Assembly (NCBI GenBank): GCA_964363475.1
Contig: CAYIII010000003.1
Location: forward strand, 1-47,296
Reading direction: 5' to 3'
DNA length: 47,296 nucleotides
DNA from: an uncultured Candidatus Saccharibacteria bacterium
Lineage (GTDB): Bacteria > Patescibacteriota > Minisyncoccia > UBA6257 > UBA11618
Under the pieces are notes generated by a model. It saw only the letters and a program-made list of their open reading frames with translations. It had not been told where the DNA came from and did no database searches. How positions within the stretch are numbered: position 1 is the stretch's first letter; each line of letters opens with the position of its first letter. Of this stretch, positions 26,790 through 35,283 are shown piece by piece. The translations under genes and the position numbers were made by a program.

Positions 26790-27715
26790 GAATTGTTTTG
26801 ACGGTGCAGATAGTCAAAAATATTGAGCACCGCTAAAATTGCATCACCAACAGAAATATTATTTTGTTTGTATTTAACGTCACTTACATCCCCCGCCGCC
26901 CAAATGCCAGCCGCTGAAGACTGTTGAGTTCTGGCATCCGCTATTATTTCTCCAAAATCATTGGTCTTCACTAAATCTTTAATAAAAGCGCTGTTAGGAA
27001 CATTGCCTACTTCTATAAAAACACCGCCCACCTCCAAAGTCCTTTCTTCTCCAGTAATAATATCTTTATATCTTAAGCCGGTAACAAGTTTATCTCCCAA
27101 AATTTCTTGCACAACAGCATTGTAAATAACAGTTATTTTAGACATCGCCAAAATTTTTTCTTGAGTAATCAGATCACCCTTTAATTTATCACCGCGATGC
27201 AAGAGATATAATTTATCCGCATAAGAGTTAAGGTCTATCGCAGATTCCAATCCCGAATTACCACCTCCCACCACAGCCACCGTCTTCCCCCCAAACAGGG
27301 GCGCGTCACAAGTCGCGCACCACGCCACACCCTTACCATCTAATTTGTCTTCTCCCGGAACACCTAAGCGACGGCGAGAACCGCCAGAACAAACCAAAAT
27401 TGTCTTGGTTTCTGCTGTTTTACCATTTTTTGTGCTGACAATAAAACCGTTGCCTGCTTTTTCAATCTTGACCACTAAATCATTATCCCAAATATCTAAA
27501 CCGGATTGATAACTACGCAAATGCTCTTCCAACATTTTAGCTAATTCCAAACCAGTTACAGACTTCATGCCAATCCAGTTTTGGACATCATTTGAAACAA
27601 TTGATTGACCACCAAAAGAATCGGCTATTAAAACGGTCTTTATTTTTTTTCTAGCGGCATAAACGCCAGCCCCAACGCCGGCTGGACCGCCACCGATAAT
27701 TACTAAATCATACAT
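26786..27715 (-). CDS. trxB: Thioredoxin-disulfide reductase
   Basis: FAD motif VIIGGGPAG, redox-active CATC, NADPH motif VVGGGNSGLESA and the C-terminal GD motif (AAGDV). Confidence 0.88.
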   Translation of the reverse strand: MYDLVIIGGGPAGVGAGVYAARKKIKTVLIADSFGGQSIVSNDVQNWIGMKSVTGLELAKMLEEHLRSYQSGLDIWDNDLVVKIEKAGNGFIVSTKNGKTAETKTILVCSGGSRRRLGVPGEDKLDGKGVAWCATCDAPLFGGKTVAVVGGGNSGLESAIDLNSYADKLYLLHRGDKLKGDLITQEKILAMSKITVIYNAVVQEILGDKLVTGLRYKDIITGEERTLEVGGVFIEVGNVPNSAFIKDLVKTNDFGEIIADARTQQSSAAGIWAAGDVSDVKYKQNNISVGDAILAVLNIFDYLHRQNNS

Positions 27716-27719
27716 AGAA

Positions 27720-27953
27720 TTAAATACCTAATGCCTTGGAAAGAGCGGGGCGATCAAAGCCAACAAAAATTTCACCATCAACATCAATAACAGGCACGCC
27801 AAGCTGATGAGACCTATCAATCATGTCCTGACGAGCCTTCAAATCTTCCGCCACATTATGCTCTTCATATTGAATTCCGTTTTTATTAAAAAATTCCTTT
27901 GCCATTTTACAATAAACACAGGTCGGAGTTGTATAAATTTTTACCGTTTTCAT
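27720..27953 (-). CDS. Glutaredoxin-like small redox protein (NrdH/YruB type)
   Basis: 77 aa. CVYC redox motif after beta-1, and GVPVI...G in the thioredoxin fold. Confidence 0.8.
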   Translation of the reverse strand: MKTVKIYTTPTCVYCKMAKEFFNKNGIQYEEHNVAEDLKARQDMIDRSHQLGVPVIDVDGEIFVGFDRPALSKALGI

Positions 27954-27967
27954 TTTCTTATTATAAT

Positions 27968-28003
27968 AAAAAGAATCCCCGCCATCAAGCGGGGATTCTT
28001 TTT
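27968..28003 (-). terminator. Rho-independent terminator after the zinc-ribbon gene (symmetric, possibly bidirectional)
   Basis: AAAAAGAATCCCCGC / GCGGGGATTCTTTTT arms with a 6-nt loop, 4 nt after the stop of the 58-aa ORF. Confidence 0.75.
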
Positions 28004-28006
28004 ACT

Positions 28007-28183
28007 TTATCTGAAAGAAGGTCTGCGAAAGTTTTTAGTTCTTTCACGATGACATTCTCTGCAAAGCAACTGTTGCAAACGAGCTGGGTCTGGTTGAAAC
28101 GGCAACTCTTTTATGTCGCCATTGCACTTAGAACATTTCCAGTCGCCTTGATACATTTGCCTCTGTTCTTTATTAAATTCCAT
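28007..28183 (-). CDS. 58-aa zinc-ribbon protein (CxxC...CxxC), not in the supplied ORF track
   Basis: Hand translation gives MEFNKEQRQMYQGDWKCSKCNGDIKELPFQPDPARLQQLLCRECHRERTKNFRRPSFR. The W-C-x2-C...LPF-P...C-x2-C layout resembles the CxxC-x17-CxxC small-protein family (recollection). Followed at once by a strong terminator. Confidence 0.6.
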   Translation of the reverse strand: MEFNKEQRQMYQGDWKCSKCNGDIKELPFQPDPARLQQLLCRECHRERTKNFRRPSFR

Positions 28184-28317
28184 TGAATTATTTTTGATTT
28201 ATACGCCCTTTCGTTAGTTTGCGAACTCCTTGATAAACTCTTAGAGCAAGGCCGATGGGCGCTTGCCGCGCACGATTGCAAGGCAATCAAGCGGGGTTCT
28301 ATAACTAAACTCCCCTC

Positions 28318-28346
28318 ATCGTAATCCAAACAGATATAAAAGTCAA
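28318..28346 (-). promoter_or_regulatory. Sigma-70-like promoter (TTGACT-17-TACGAT on the minus strand) giving a structured leader of about 125 nt for the zinc-ribbon gene
   Basis: Hexamers and spacer read directly. Three consecutive GC-rich hairpins lie downstream (see findings). Confidence 0.4.
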
Positions 28347-28362
28347 CCCCACCCCCCCTCCC

Positions 28363-28391
28363 TTCCAAAAACGGTCCATTTTAGCTACAAT
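28363..28391 (+). promoter_or_regulatory. Candidate promoter for the glycan operon (TTCCAA-17-TACAAT); ATG at 28400 lies about 8 nt past the -10
   Basis: Read directly. No Shine-Dalgarno. Implies a near-leaderless mRNA. Confidence 0.35.
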
Positions 28392-28399
28392 GGGATGAA

Positions 28400-29716
28400 A
28401 TGACGTCCACCCTTAAGTTAAAACAGCTTATCTTGATTATTGGCGACATTTTAACCCTTTATTTGGCGCTGGCAATAACCTTATTTATTCGTTACCGAGA
28501 GCCATTTTCTAATGAAACCCTGAGCACCCACCTAAAGCCCTTCAGCGTTATTTTTGTCCTTTGGATTTTGATTTTTTATATAATTGGCCTTTATGAAATC
28601 GGGTCGCTAAAAAACACCATCAATTTTATAAAAAAATTATCTACAGCCCTGATTATAAGCGCTGTCACAACAATATTCTTTTTCTACTTTATAACTTATT
28701 ACAACATTGCGCCAAAAACCAATCTGTTCATATTTTTGTCCTTGTTATTTTTATTAGAATACGGCTGGCGCGCAAACTACAACAACTTTTTAACAAAAGG
28801 GGCTCCTACAACCAAGGTATTGATAATTGGCTCAGGCCAAACCATTCAGCAATTAGCAGTATCTGTCCATAACAATCCTCAATTGGGCTATGAGTTATTC
28901 TTTTTGGAAAATCCTGAAGATATTTCGCAAACAATAATTTCTAAAAGAATTGATTTAGTAGTTGTCCCCACTCACGTAAAAAAAGAAGCGAAAGTAGCCC
29001 AAGTTATATATAAAAATCTTGTTACAGGCACCAACATAATTGACCTATCTTCTTTCTACGAAATGGTTTTTAATAAGGTGCCGATTACCGAATTAGAAGA
29101 GTTTTGGTTTCTGGAAAATTTAATCAATCGGCAAAATATTTATGATTTTTTCAGAATATCGCTAGAGATACTATTAGCCCTGATTTTGGCGATAGTATTA
29201 TTTCCCTTAGCCATAATAATATCCGCGCTGATTAAATTAACGTCCAGAGGACCCGTTATTTTTAAACAGACCAGAGTCGGAGAACTAGGTAAAAATTTTA
29301 CACTGTATAAATTTCGCAGTATGAAAAAAAACGCGGAAGTTCAGGGAGCGCAATGGGCCAAAACCAATGATCCCAGAGTTACATTCTTGGGAAAAATATT
29401 AAGATTCAGCCATCTCGATGAAATGCCCCAACTAATTAACATTATTAAGGGAAATTTATCTTTTGTCGGGCCGAGACCAGAAAGACCGGAGTTTACAGAA
29501 GATTTAAAAAAAGTGATTCCCTATTATGAATTAAGGCACATAGTTAAACCGGGCATTACAGGATGGGCGCAATTAAATTATCGTTATGGAGCGTCGGTAG
29601 AGGATGCTTATGAAAAGCTTCAATACGACCTTTATTATATTAAGAACAGGTCATTCTGGTTGGATATAAGCATTGTGATTAAAACTATCAAACTTTTTTT
29701 CACTAATAATTCCTAG
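28400..29716 (+). CDS. Polyprenyl-phosphate glycosyl-1-phosphate transferase (WbaP/bacterial sugar transferase family, initiating enzyme)
   Basis: N-terminal TM bundle, central Rossmann-like region (KVLIIGSG), and a C-terminal catalytic domain (RGPVIFKQTRVG...YKFRSM...DEMPQLINIIKGNLSFVGPRPERPEF). Confidence 0.88.
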   Translation: MTSTLKLKQLILIIGDILTLYLALAITLFIRYREPFSNETLSTHLKPFSVIFVLWILIFYIIGLYEIGSLKNTINFIKKLSTALIISAVTTIFFFYFITYYNIAPKTNLFIFLSLLFLLEYGWRANYNNFLTKGAPTTKVLIIGSGQTIQQLAVSVHNNPQLGYELFFLENPEDISQTIISKRIDLVVVPTHVKKEAKVAQVIYKNLVTGTNIIDLSSFYEMVFNKVPITELEEFWFLENLINRQNIYDFFRISLEILLALILAIVLFPLAIIISALIKLTSRGPVIFKQTRVGELGKNFTLYKFRSMKKNAEVQGAQWAKTNDPRVTFLGKILRFSHLDEMPQLINIIKGNLSFVGPRPERPEFTEDLKKVIPYYELRHIVKPGITGWAQLNYRYGASVEDAYEKLQYDLYYIKNRSFWLDISIVIKTIKLFFTNNS

Positions 29717-29723
29717 CTTTTTT

Positions 29724-31148
29724 ATGTGGAATAAATTTTTCAAAAATACTTTTTGGTTGACCGCCGGAGAAATCGGCGGCCGTTTATTAAGAATCGTTTT
29801 GGTTCTCTATGCGGCCAGAGTTTTGGGAGTAGCTAATTGGGGAATTTTTTCCTACGCGCTAAGTTTAGCGGCGCTATTTACAATAATCGCGGATATTGGA
29901 TTGGGAGCGGTGATGACAAGAGAAATAGTAAGAGATCCCGAAAATAAAACTCAATATTTATCTAATTCTCTTATTATTAAAACGGCGCTTATAATTTTAA
30001 CTTCGATAGCAATAATTTTCGTCACCCCCCTAATAACTAATTTAACTCTTTCAAGTACGCTATTAATTTTTATAGCCCTGCTGGTTATAACGGATAACAT
30101 CCGCTTATTCACCTCATCTTTGAATCGAGCTCTGGAAAAAATGCACTGGGAAGCAATTGCAAATATTATTACACAGCTTTCAATAATGATACTGGGGGTG
30201 TGGATTCTTATAAAAAATCCTACCGCCGAAGGATTAGGAATCAGTTATCTAGCGGGAAGCGCCATAGGAGCAATATTTTCCCTATGGACCGTAAAGGAAT
30301 ATATTAAAAATTTTTTTGGACGCCTTGATAAAATCTTAATTAAAAGATTATTAGAATCTTCATGGTCAATAGCTCTATTAGGAGTACTGGGAAGCATAAT
30401 GCTTAACACAGACATAATAATGTTGGGTTGGTTAAGAGGCGCAGAGGATGTTGGATACTATTCTTCAGCTCAAAAAATTATTTTTACTCTTTATGTTCTG
30501 CCGTCACTAATAGGCACCGCCGCCTTTCCCAGTCTAGTTAAATTGGCTAATAAAAATAAAGAAGGATTTAGAGAACTTTTAGAAAAATCACTTAAAATAG
30601 CTTTCCTTATTGCCATACCAATAACTATCGGGGGCTTAGTAATCGGATCTGAACTAATGAGTATATTTTTTGGCAAAGAATATCTGATTGCCTCTACAAC
30701 ATTTAAAATATTACTTTTAAGCTTGGTACTTGCTTATCCCACCACGATATTGGGCAACGCTCTTCTCGCTTATGACCAAGAAAAACAATTTTTGAAATAT
30801 GCCGGAGTAGCGACTTTAGGCAATATAATTCTTAATTCTATGTTAATTCCTTTTTGGGGCGCTGAAGGAGCCGCCATTGCAACTGTAGCAACGCAAATTA
30901 TCAGCAACGGTCTTATTTGGTGGAAATTAAAGAAATTTAATCAATTTACCATCGTGAACAAACTTTCAAAAATTTTTATATCCAGCGCAATAATGGGGGC
31001 GGTAACTATATTAATGTATTACTGGCAAATTAATTTCTTCCTTATTATTTTTACATCAATTGCCGTTTATCTTGGAACATTGTACTTAATAAAAGAGTCA
31101 ATTATATTTGAACTAAAAAATTTTATATATGCTAGACCATCTAATTAA
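29724..31148 (+). CDS. Wzx-type oligosaccharide flippase (MOP superfamily)
   Basis: 474 aa with about 12-14 TM helices. Polysaccharide-biosynthesis-protein-like N-terminus (FKNTFWLTAGEIGGRLLR). Confidence 0.8.
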   Translation: MWNKFFKNTFWLTAGEIGGRLLRIVLVLYAARVLGVANWGIFSYALSLAALFTIIADIGLGAVMTREIVRDPENKTQYLSNSLIIKTALIILTSIAIIFVTPLITNLTLSSTLLIFIALLVITDNIRLFTSSLNRALEKMHWEAIANIITQLSIMILGVWILIKNPTAEGLGISYLAGSAIGAIFSLWTVKEYIKNFFGRLDKILIKRLLESSWSIALLGVLGSIMLNTDIIMLGWLRGAEDVGYYSSAQKIIFTLYVLPSLIGTAAFPSLVKLANKNKEGFRELLEKSLKIAFLIAIPITIGGLVIGSELMSIFFGKEYLIASTTFKILLLSLVLAYPTTILGNALLAYDQEKQFLKYAGVATLGNIILNSMLIPFWGAEGAAIATVATQIISNGLIWWKLKKFNQFTIVNKLSKIFISSAIMGAVTILMYYWQINFFLIIFTSIAVYLGTLYLIKESIIFELKNFIYARPSN

Positions 31149-32385
31149 AGAAAAAAAGGCTCGGGTGGCCGTGGTTGGATTAGGATATGTTGGGCTTCCA
31201 ACAGCGATTGCTATAGCCGAAGCCGGATTTAAGACCGTGGGAATTGATATTAATGAACAAAGAGTAAAACAACTTAATAACAATCGCAGTTTTATAGCCG
31301 AAATTTCAAATGAATCAATTAAAAAGGTTAGTGGTAATTTTTACGCAAGCACTGACTGGAATGAAATAAAAAAATGCAATGTGATTATCGTTGCCGTGCC
31401 CACTCCTCTGACTAAAAATAAAGCTCCGGACACTTCGTTCATAGAAAATGCCGCTAAAAATATTGCCTCCAATTTAAAACCAGAAACATTGGTAATTTTG
31501 GAAAGCACCACTTATCCGGGAACAACAGAAGAATTAGTAAGACCAATTCTGCCAAAATGTTACTTGGCTTTTGCTCCTGAAAGAATTGATCCCGGTAATA
31601 AACAATATAAATTGCAAAATGTGCCAAAAGTGGTTGGTGGTATAGACAAACAATCAACAGAGCTGGCCTGCAGCTTCTACAGTAATTTTGTTGAAAAAGT
31701 TATACCAGTTTCATCGCCCGCGACAGCTGAAATGGTAAAACTATTGGAAAATGTTTTCCGTTTGGTAAACATATCCATGATTAATGAATTAAAAATGCTG
31801 GCCGACAAAATGCATATTGATATGTACGAAGTGATTGAAGCCGCCAAAACCAAACCTTACGGCTTTATGGCCTTTTACCCCGGACCTGGAGCCGGCGGTC
31901 ATTGTATTCCTTTAGACCCGTTTTATTTATCCTGGAAGGCTCGGGAGTTGGGATTCTTTGCTAGATTCATTGAACTGGCTGGAGAAATTAACGAATTGAT
32001 GCCTCATTACGTCGTAACAAAAATTATTTCCGCTCTTAATCACAAAAGGAAGGCCATTAATGGATCAAAAATATTAGTGTTGGGCGTTGCTTATAAAAAA
32101 GATATTGACGATTCCAGAGAATCCCCATCATTAGAAGTTATTAAAGATTTAATGGGAAAAAAGGCGCAAGTAATTTACAATGACCCCCATATTCCACAAA
32201 TAGAAATTGATGGGGGTAAAATTTACTCAACCCCGCTAACCACAGAAATTTTAAAGAAGGTGGATTGCGTTGCCATACTAACCGACCACTCTTCTTATGA
32301 TTATCCAACCATAATTAAGAAAGCCAAGCTAATAGTTGACATTAGAAATGCTACCAAGATAAGCCGTGATAATATTATTAAGTAA
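31129..32385 (+). CDS. Nucleotide-sugar 6-dehydrogenase (UDP-N-acetyl-hexosamine dehydrogenase type)
   Basis: NAD motif VAVVGLGYVGLP and catalytic Cys motif GGHCIPLDPFYL, typical of the WbpA/TviB/WecC branch. Confidence 0.88.
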   Translation: MLDHLIKEKKARVAVVGLGYVGLPTAIAIAEAGFKTVGIDINEQRVKQLNNNRSFIAEISNESIKKVSGNFYASTDWNEIKKCNVIIVAVPTPLTKNKAPDTSFIENAAKNIASNLKPETLVILESTTYPGTTEELVRPILPKCYLAFAPERIDPGNKQYKLQNVPKVVGGIDKQSTELACSFYSNFVEKVIPVSSPATAEMVKLLENVFRLVNISMINELKMLADKMHIDMYEVIEAAKTKPYGFMAFYPGPGAGGHCIPLDPFYLSWKARELGFFARFIELAGEINELMPHYVVTKIISALNHKRKAINGSKILVLGVAYKKDIDDSRESPSLEVIKDLMGKKAQVIYNDPHIPQIEIDGGKIYSTPLTTEILKKVDCVAILTDHSSYDYPTIIKKAKLIVDIRNATKISRDNIIK

Positions 32386-34211
32386 TGTGTGGGATATCGG
32401 GAAAATTTTATTTTGACAAACGATCGGTTTCAGAAGCCGAGTTAAAAATAATGGCGGATGCCATCAGTCATCGCGGCCCAGACCAGTTGGGCATTTTTAA
32501 TAAAAACAATATTGGCTTTGGCTTTAGACGATTATCTATTATTGACCTGTCCCCCGCCGGCAATCAGCCGATGTCTGACGCGGAAGGTTTGGTTTGGATT
32601 GTTTTTAATGGAGAAATCTATAATTTTGTTGCTTTAAGGGAGGGATTAGAAAGAGATGGGGTTCAATTTAAATCAAAAACCGACACCGAAGTTATTATCC
32701 ATCTCTATAAAAAATACGGGGTTGATTGCTTAAAAAAGTTAAGGGGGATGTTTGCTTTTGCAATTTGGGACGAAAATAAACGGCAATTATTTTTAGCCAG
32801 AGATAGATTGGGAAAAAAGCCCCTTAAATATTATGTAGATAAAAATGTTTTTATTTTTGCTTCCGAACTTAAATCAATTCTTAAAAATCCGGAAGTCAAA
32901 AAAGAGCCGGATCAAACCGCTATCGCAAATTATTTAAGCTTTCAATATACCCCTTCTTCAAGCACCGGCTTTAACGGCATTAAAAAATTGCCGCCAGCCC
33001 ATTATTGTTTAGTAAAAGAAAATGGGGAATTAGAAACTCATCGCTATTGGAATTTAGATTATCGAGAAAAATGGCAATTATCCGAAGAAGAATGGGTTGA
33101 TAAAATTACTGATAAGTTGGGGGAATCGGTAAAATTACGAATGATGTCCGATGTGCCGCTCGGAGCTTTTTTGTCGGGAGGAGTGGACTCATCTGCCATC
33201 GTTGCTCTAATGAGCAAGTACTCAAACAGCCCAGTTAAAACATTTTCAATTGGCTTTAATGAAGCAACGCATAATGAACTGCCATACGCAAAAACAACGG
33301 CAATAAAATTTAATACTGAGCACAGGGAATTTATAGTAACTCCAAATATATTAGAAATAATTCCAAAAATTGCTTATTACTATGAGGAACCGTACGCCGA
33401 TTCTTCCGCCATACCAAGTTGGTATTTAGCCGAAACAACAAAAAAATATGTAACCGTTGCTTTAAATGGCGATGGCGGCGATGAAAATTTCGCCGGATAT
33501 TTGCGTTATAATTTTTATCAAATAGTTAATAAGCATCCGGTGCTTGCGACTATTTTTGGTCCATTAGCAGTCCGGCTCTTTCTAAAACCAAAATGGCGCC
33601 AAGAAAAAGCGATAAAATTAATTAGGGAACTTAAAAAGGGTTCGTCAGCCGCAGAAAAATATTTTCCTCTCATTGCTTATATAGATAATTATCCAAATCA
33701 TGCCATTGAAATTCTTAAAGAGAAGTTTAATGAGGCCTTAAGCAATGATTCTTTAGACCAATTATTGTGGGTGGATATTAATTCGTATTTGCCAAATGAT
33801 TTATTAGTGAAGATGGATATTGCTACCATGGCACACTCACTAGAAGCTCGCTCCCCTCTTTTAGATCACGAATTTATGGAATTAACCGCTAAAATACCAA
33901 GTTCTCTTAAATTAAGGGGAGACACTAATAAATATATTTTTAAAAAAGCGCTGGAAAAAATATTGCCGGCAGAAATATTAAACAGGCCCAAAATGGGTTT
34001 TGCAATGCCGGTGGAAAGTTGGTTCAAGAAAGAATTATTACCACATTTAAAAGCGACTATTTTATCATCAAAAGCCATTAGTCGTAGTCCACTACCGAAA
34101 ATTGAAATAGAAAGATTAATAGAAAATCATGTATCGGGAAAAAATAATTACGCCAATCAATTGTGGACACTATTAATGCTTGAGGAGTGGTATAAACAAT
34201 ATTTTGATTAA
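32385..34211 (+). CDS. Asparagine synthase (glutamine-hydrolysing)-family amidotransferase
   Basis: N-terminal nucleophile MCGI, and the PP-loop SGGVDSS in AFLSGGVDSSAIVALM. 608 aa. Embedded in a glycan operon. Confidence 0.88.
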   Translation: MCGISGKFYFDKRSVSEAELKIMADAISHRGPDQLGIFNKNNIGFGFRRLSIIDLSPAGNQPMSDAEGLVWIVFNGEIYNFVALREGLERDGVQFKSKTDTEVIIHLYKKYGVDCLKKLRGMFAFAIWDENKRQLFLARDRLGKKPLKYYVDKNVFIFASELKSILKNPEVKKEPDQTAIANYLSFQYTPSSSTGFNGIKKLPPAHYCLVKENGELETHRYWNLDYREKWQLSEEEWVDKITDKLGESVKLRMMSDVPLGAFLSGGVDSSAIVALMSKYSNSPVKTFSIGFNEATHNELPYAKTTAIKFNTEHREFIVTPNILEIIPKIAYYYEEPYADSSAIPSWYLAETTKKYVTVALNGDGGDENFAGYLRYNFYQIVNKHPVLATIFGPLAVRLFLKPKWRQEKAIKLIRELKKGSSAAEKYFPLIAYIDNYPNHAIEILKEKFNEALSNDSLDQLLWVDINSYLPNDLLVKMDIATMAHSLEARSPLLDHEFMELTAKIPSSLKLRGDTNKYIFKKALEKILPAEILNRPKMGFAMPVESWFKKELLPHLKATILSSKAISRSPLPKIEIERLIENHVSGKNNYANQLWTLLMLEEWYKQYFD

Positions 34212-34212
34212 T

Positions 34213-35283
34213 ATGAAGATACTGCACCTAATCACAGACCTCAAAATGGGTGGTACAGAAGTTTTTTTAAGCAAAATTCTGCCGAAAATAAAAAACCACA
34301 GTCATATCGCGGTCTCTCTTACCAAAAAGAGAGATATTGGGTTGGATATAGAAAAAAATGGCATTAAGGTCTATGAATTACATTCGGGCAAATGGTTTAG
34401 CCCCATTTCTATAATAAGGTTTAAAAAAATTATCTCCACGGAAAAACCAGATGTTTTAATAACTTATTTAATTCATGCGGCTATTTTTGGAAGAATTTTT
34501 GGGAAGGTATTTGGAATTCCTAAAATTATTTGCATGATAAGGTCACAACTAAGAAAAAAAAGGCACGGCTTTTATTTTTTAATAGAAAAATCCACTCAAA
34601 GTTTAGTGGATTATTTTATAAGCAATTCCGTATCATTAAAAAACTTTTATAAAGAAAAGTTGGGAATTCCCGAAAAAAAATTAAGAGTCGTTTATTCTCC
34701 AATAGATACAGACGATAATTCTTCCCTAGCTCAATTTAATAAAGAAGATTATTTTATTGTGGGAACGGTGGGAAGGATTGCTAAAGAAAAAAGACAGCAA
34801 GATATTATTCGGGCCATTAAACTTTTAAGGGATGGGGGATGTAAAATTAAACTTATCGTCATCGGAGATGGGCCAGAAAAGAAACATCTTCAAGATTTAA
34901 CTAAAAAATTAGAACTTAATAATGAAATTATATTTAAGGGAGAACAAAAAGAAGTTTATTTTTGGTACAAAACTTTTGATGTTTTTGTTTTAGCAAGTAA
35001 TTACGAAGGAATGTCTAACGCTCTTTTAGAAGCAATGTCTATAGGATTACCGGTAATCACCACCGATATTCCCGAAAATCAAGAAATTATTAAAGATGGT
35101 GAGACGGGACTTCTTGTTCCAGTACATAATCCAAAAATAATAGCTGAAAAAATAAAATTAATTATGGAAAATCAAGAATTAAGAAATAGGTTATCCGTAA
35201 ATTCCAAGAAATTTATTTCTGATAATTTTTCTTTGGCAAGTTTTCTTGAAAAAATCTCTCAAATAATAGAATTAAATAATTAA
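34213..35283 (+). CDS. GT4-family (GT-B) glycosyltransferase
   Basis: E-x7-E-type C-terminal motif (NYEGMSNALLEAMSIGLPVITTD). Start set at MKILHLITD (ATG 1 nt after the asnB-like stop) instead of the track start at 34180. Confidence 0.85.
   Translation: MKILHLITDLKMGGTEVFLSKILPKIKNHSHIAVSLTKKRDIGLDIEKNGIKVYELHSGKWFSPISIIRFKKIISTEKPDVLITYLIHAAIFGRIFGKVFGIPKIICMIRSQLRKKRHGFYFLIEKSTQSLVDYFISNSVSLKNFYKEKLGIPEKKLRVVYSPIDTDDNSSLAQFNKEDYFIVGTVGRIAKEKRQQDIIRAIKLLRDGGCKIKLIVIGDGPEKKHLQDLTKKLELNNEIIFKGEQKEVYFWYKTFDVFVLASNYEGMSNALLEAMSIGLPVITTDIPENQEIIKDGETGLLVPVHNPKIIAEKIKLIMENQELRNRLSVNSKKFISDNFSLASFLEKISQIIELNN

Noticed and set aside
28111-28368. 85-aa minus-strand ORF (MEGRGGGVDFYI...) and the 95-aa plus-strand ORF at 27899-28186.
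   Set aside because: No coding-like composition. They span a terminator, promoters and GC-rich hairpins. The region is better explained by the 58-aa zinc-ribbon ORF (28007-28183) plus a structured non-coding spacer.
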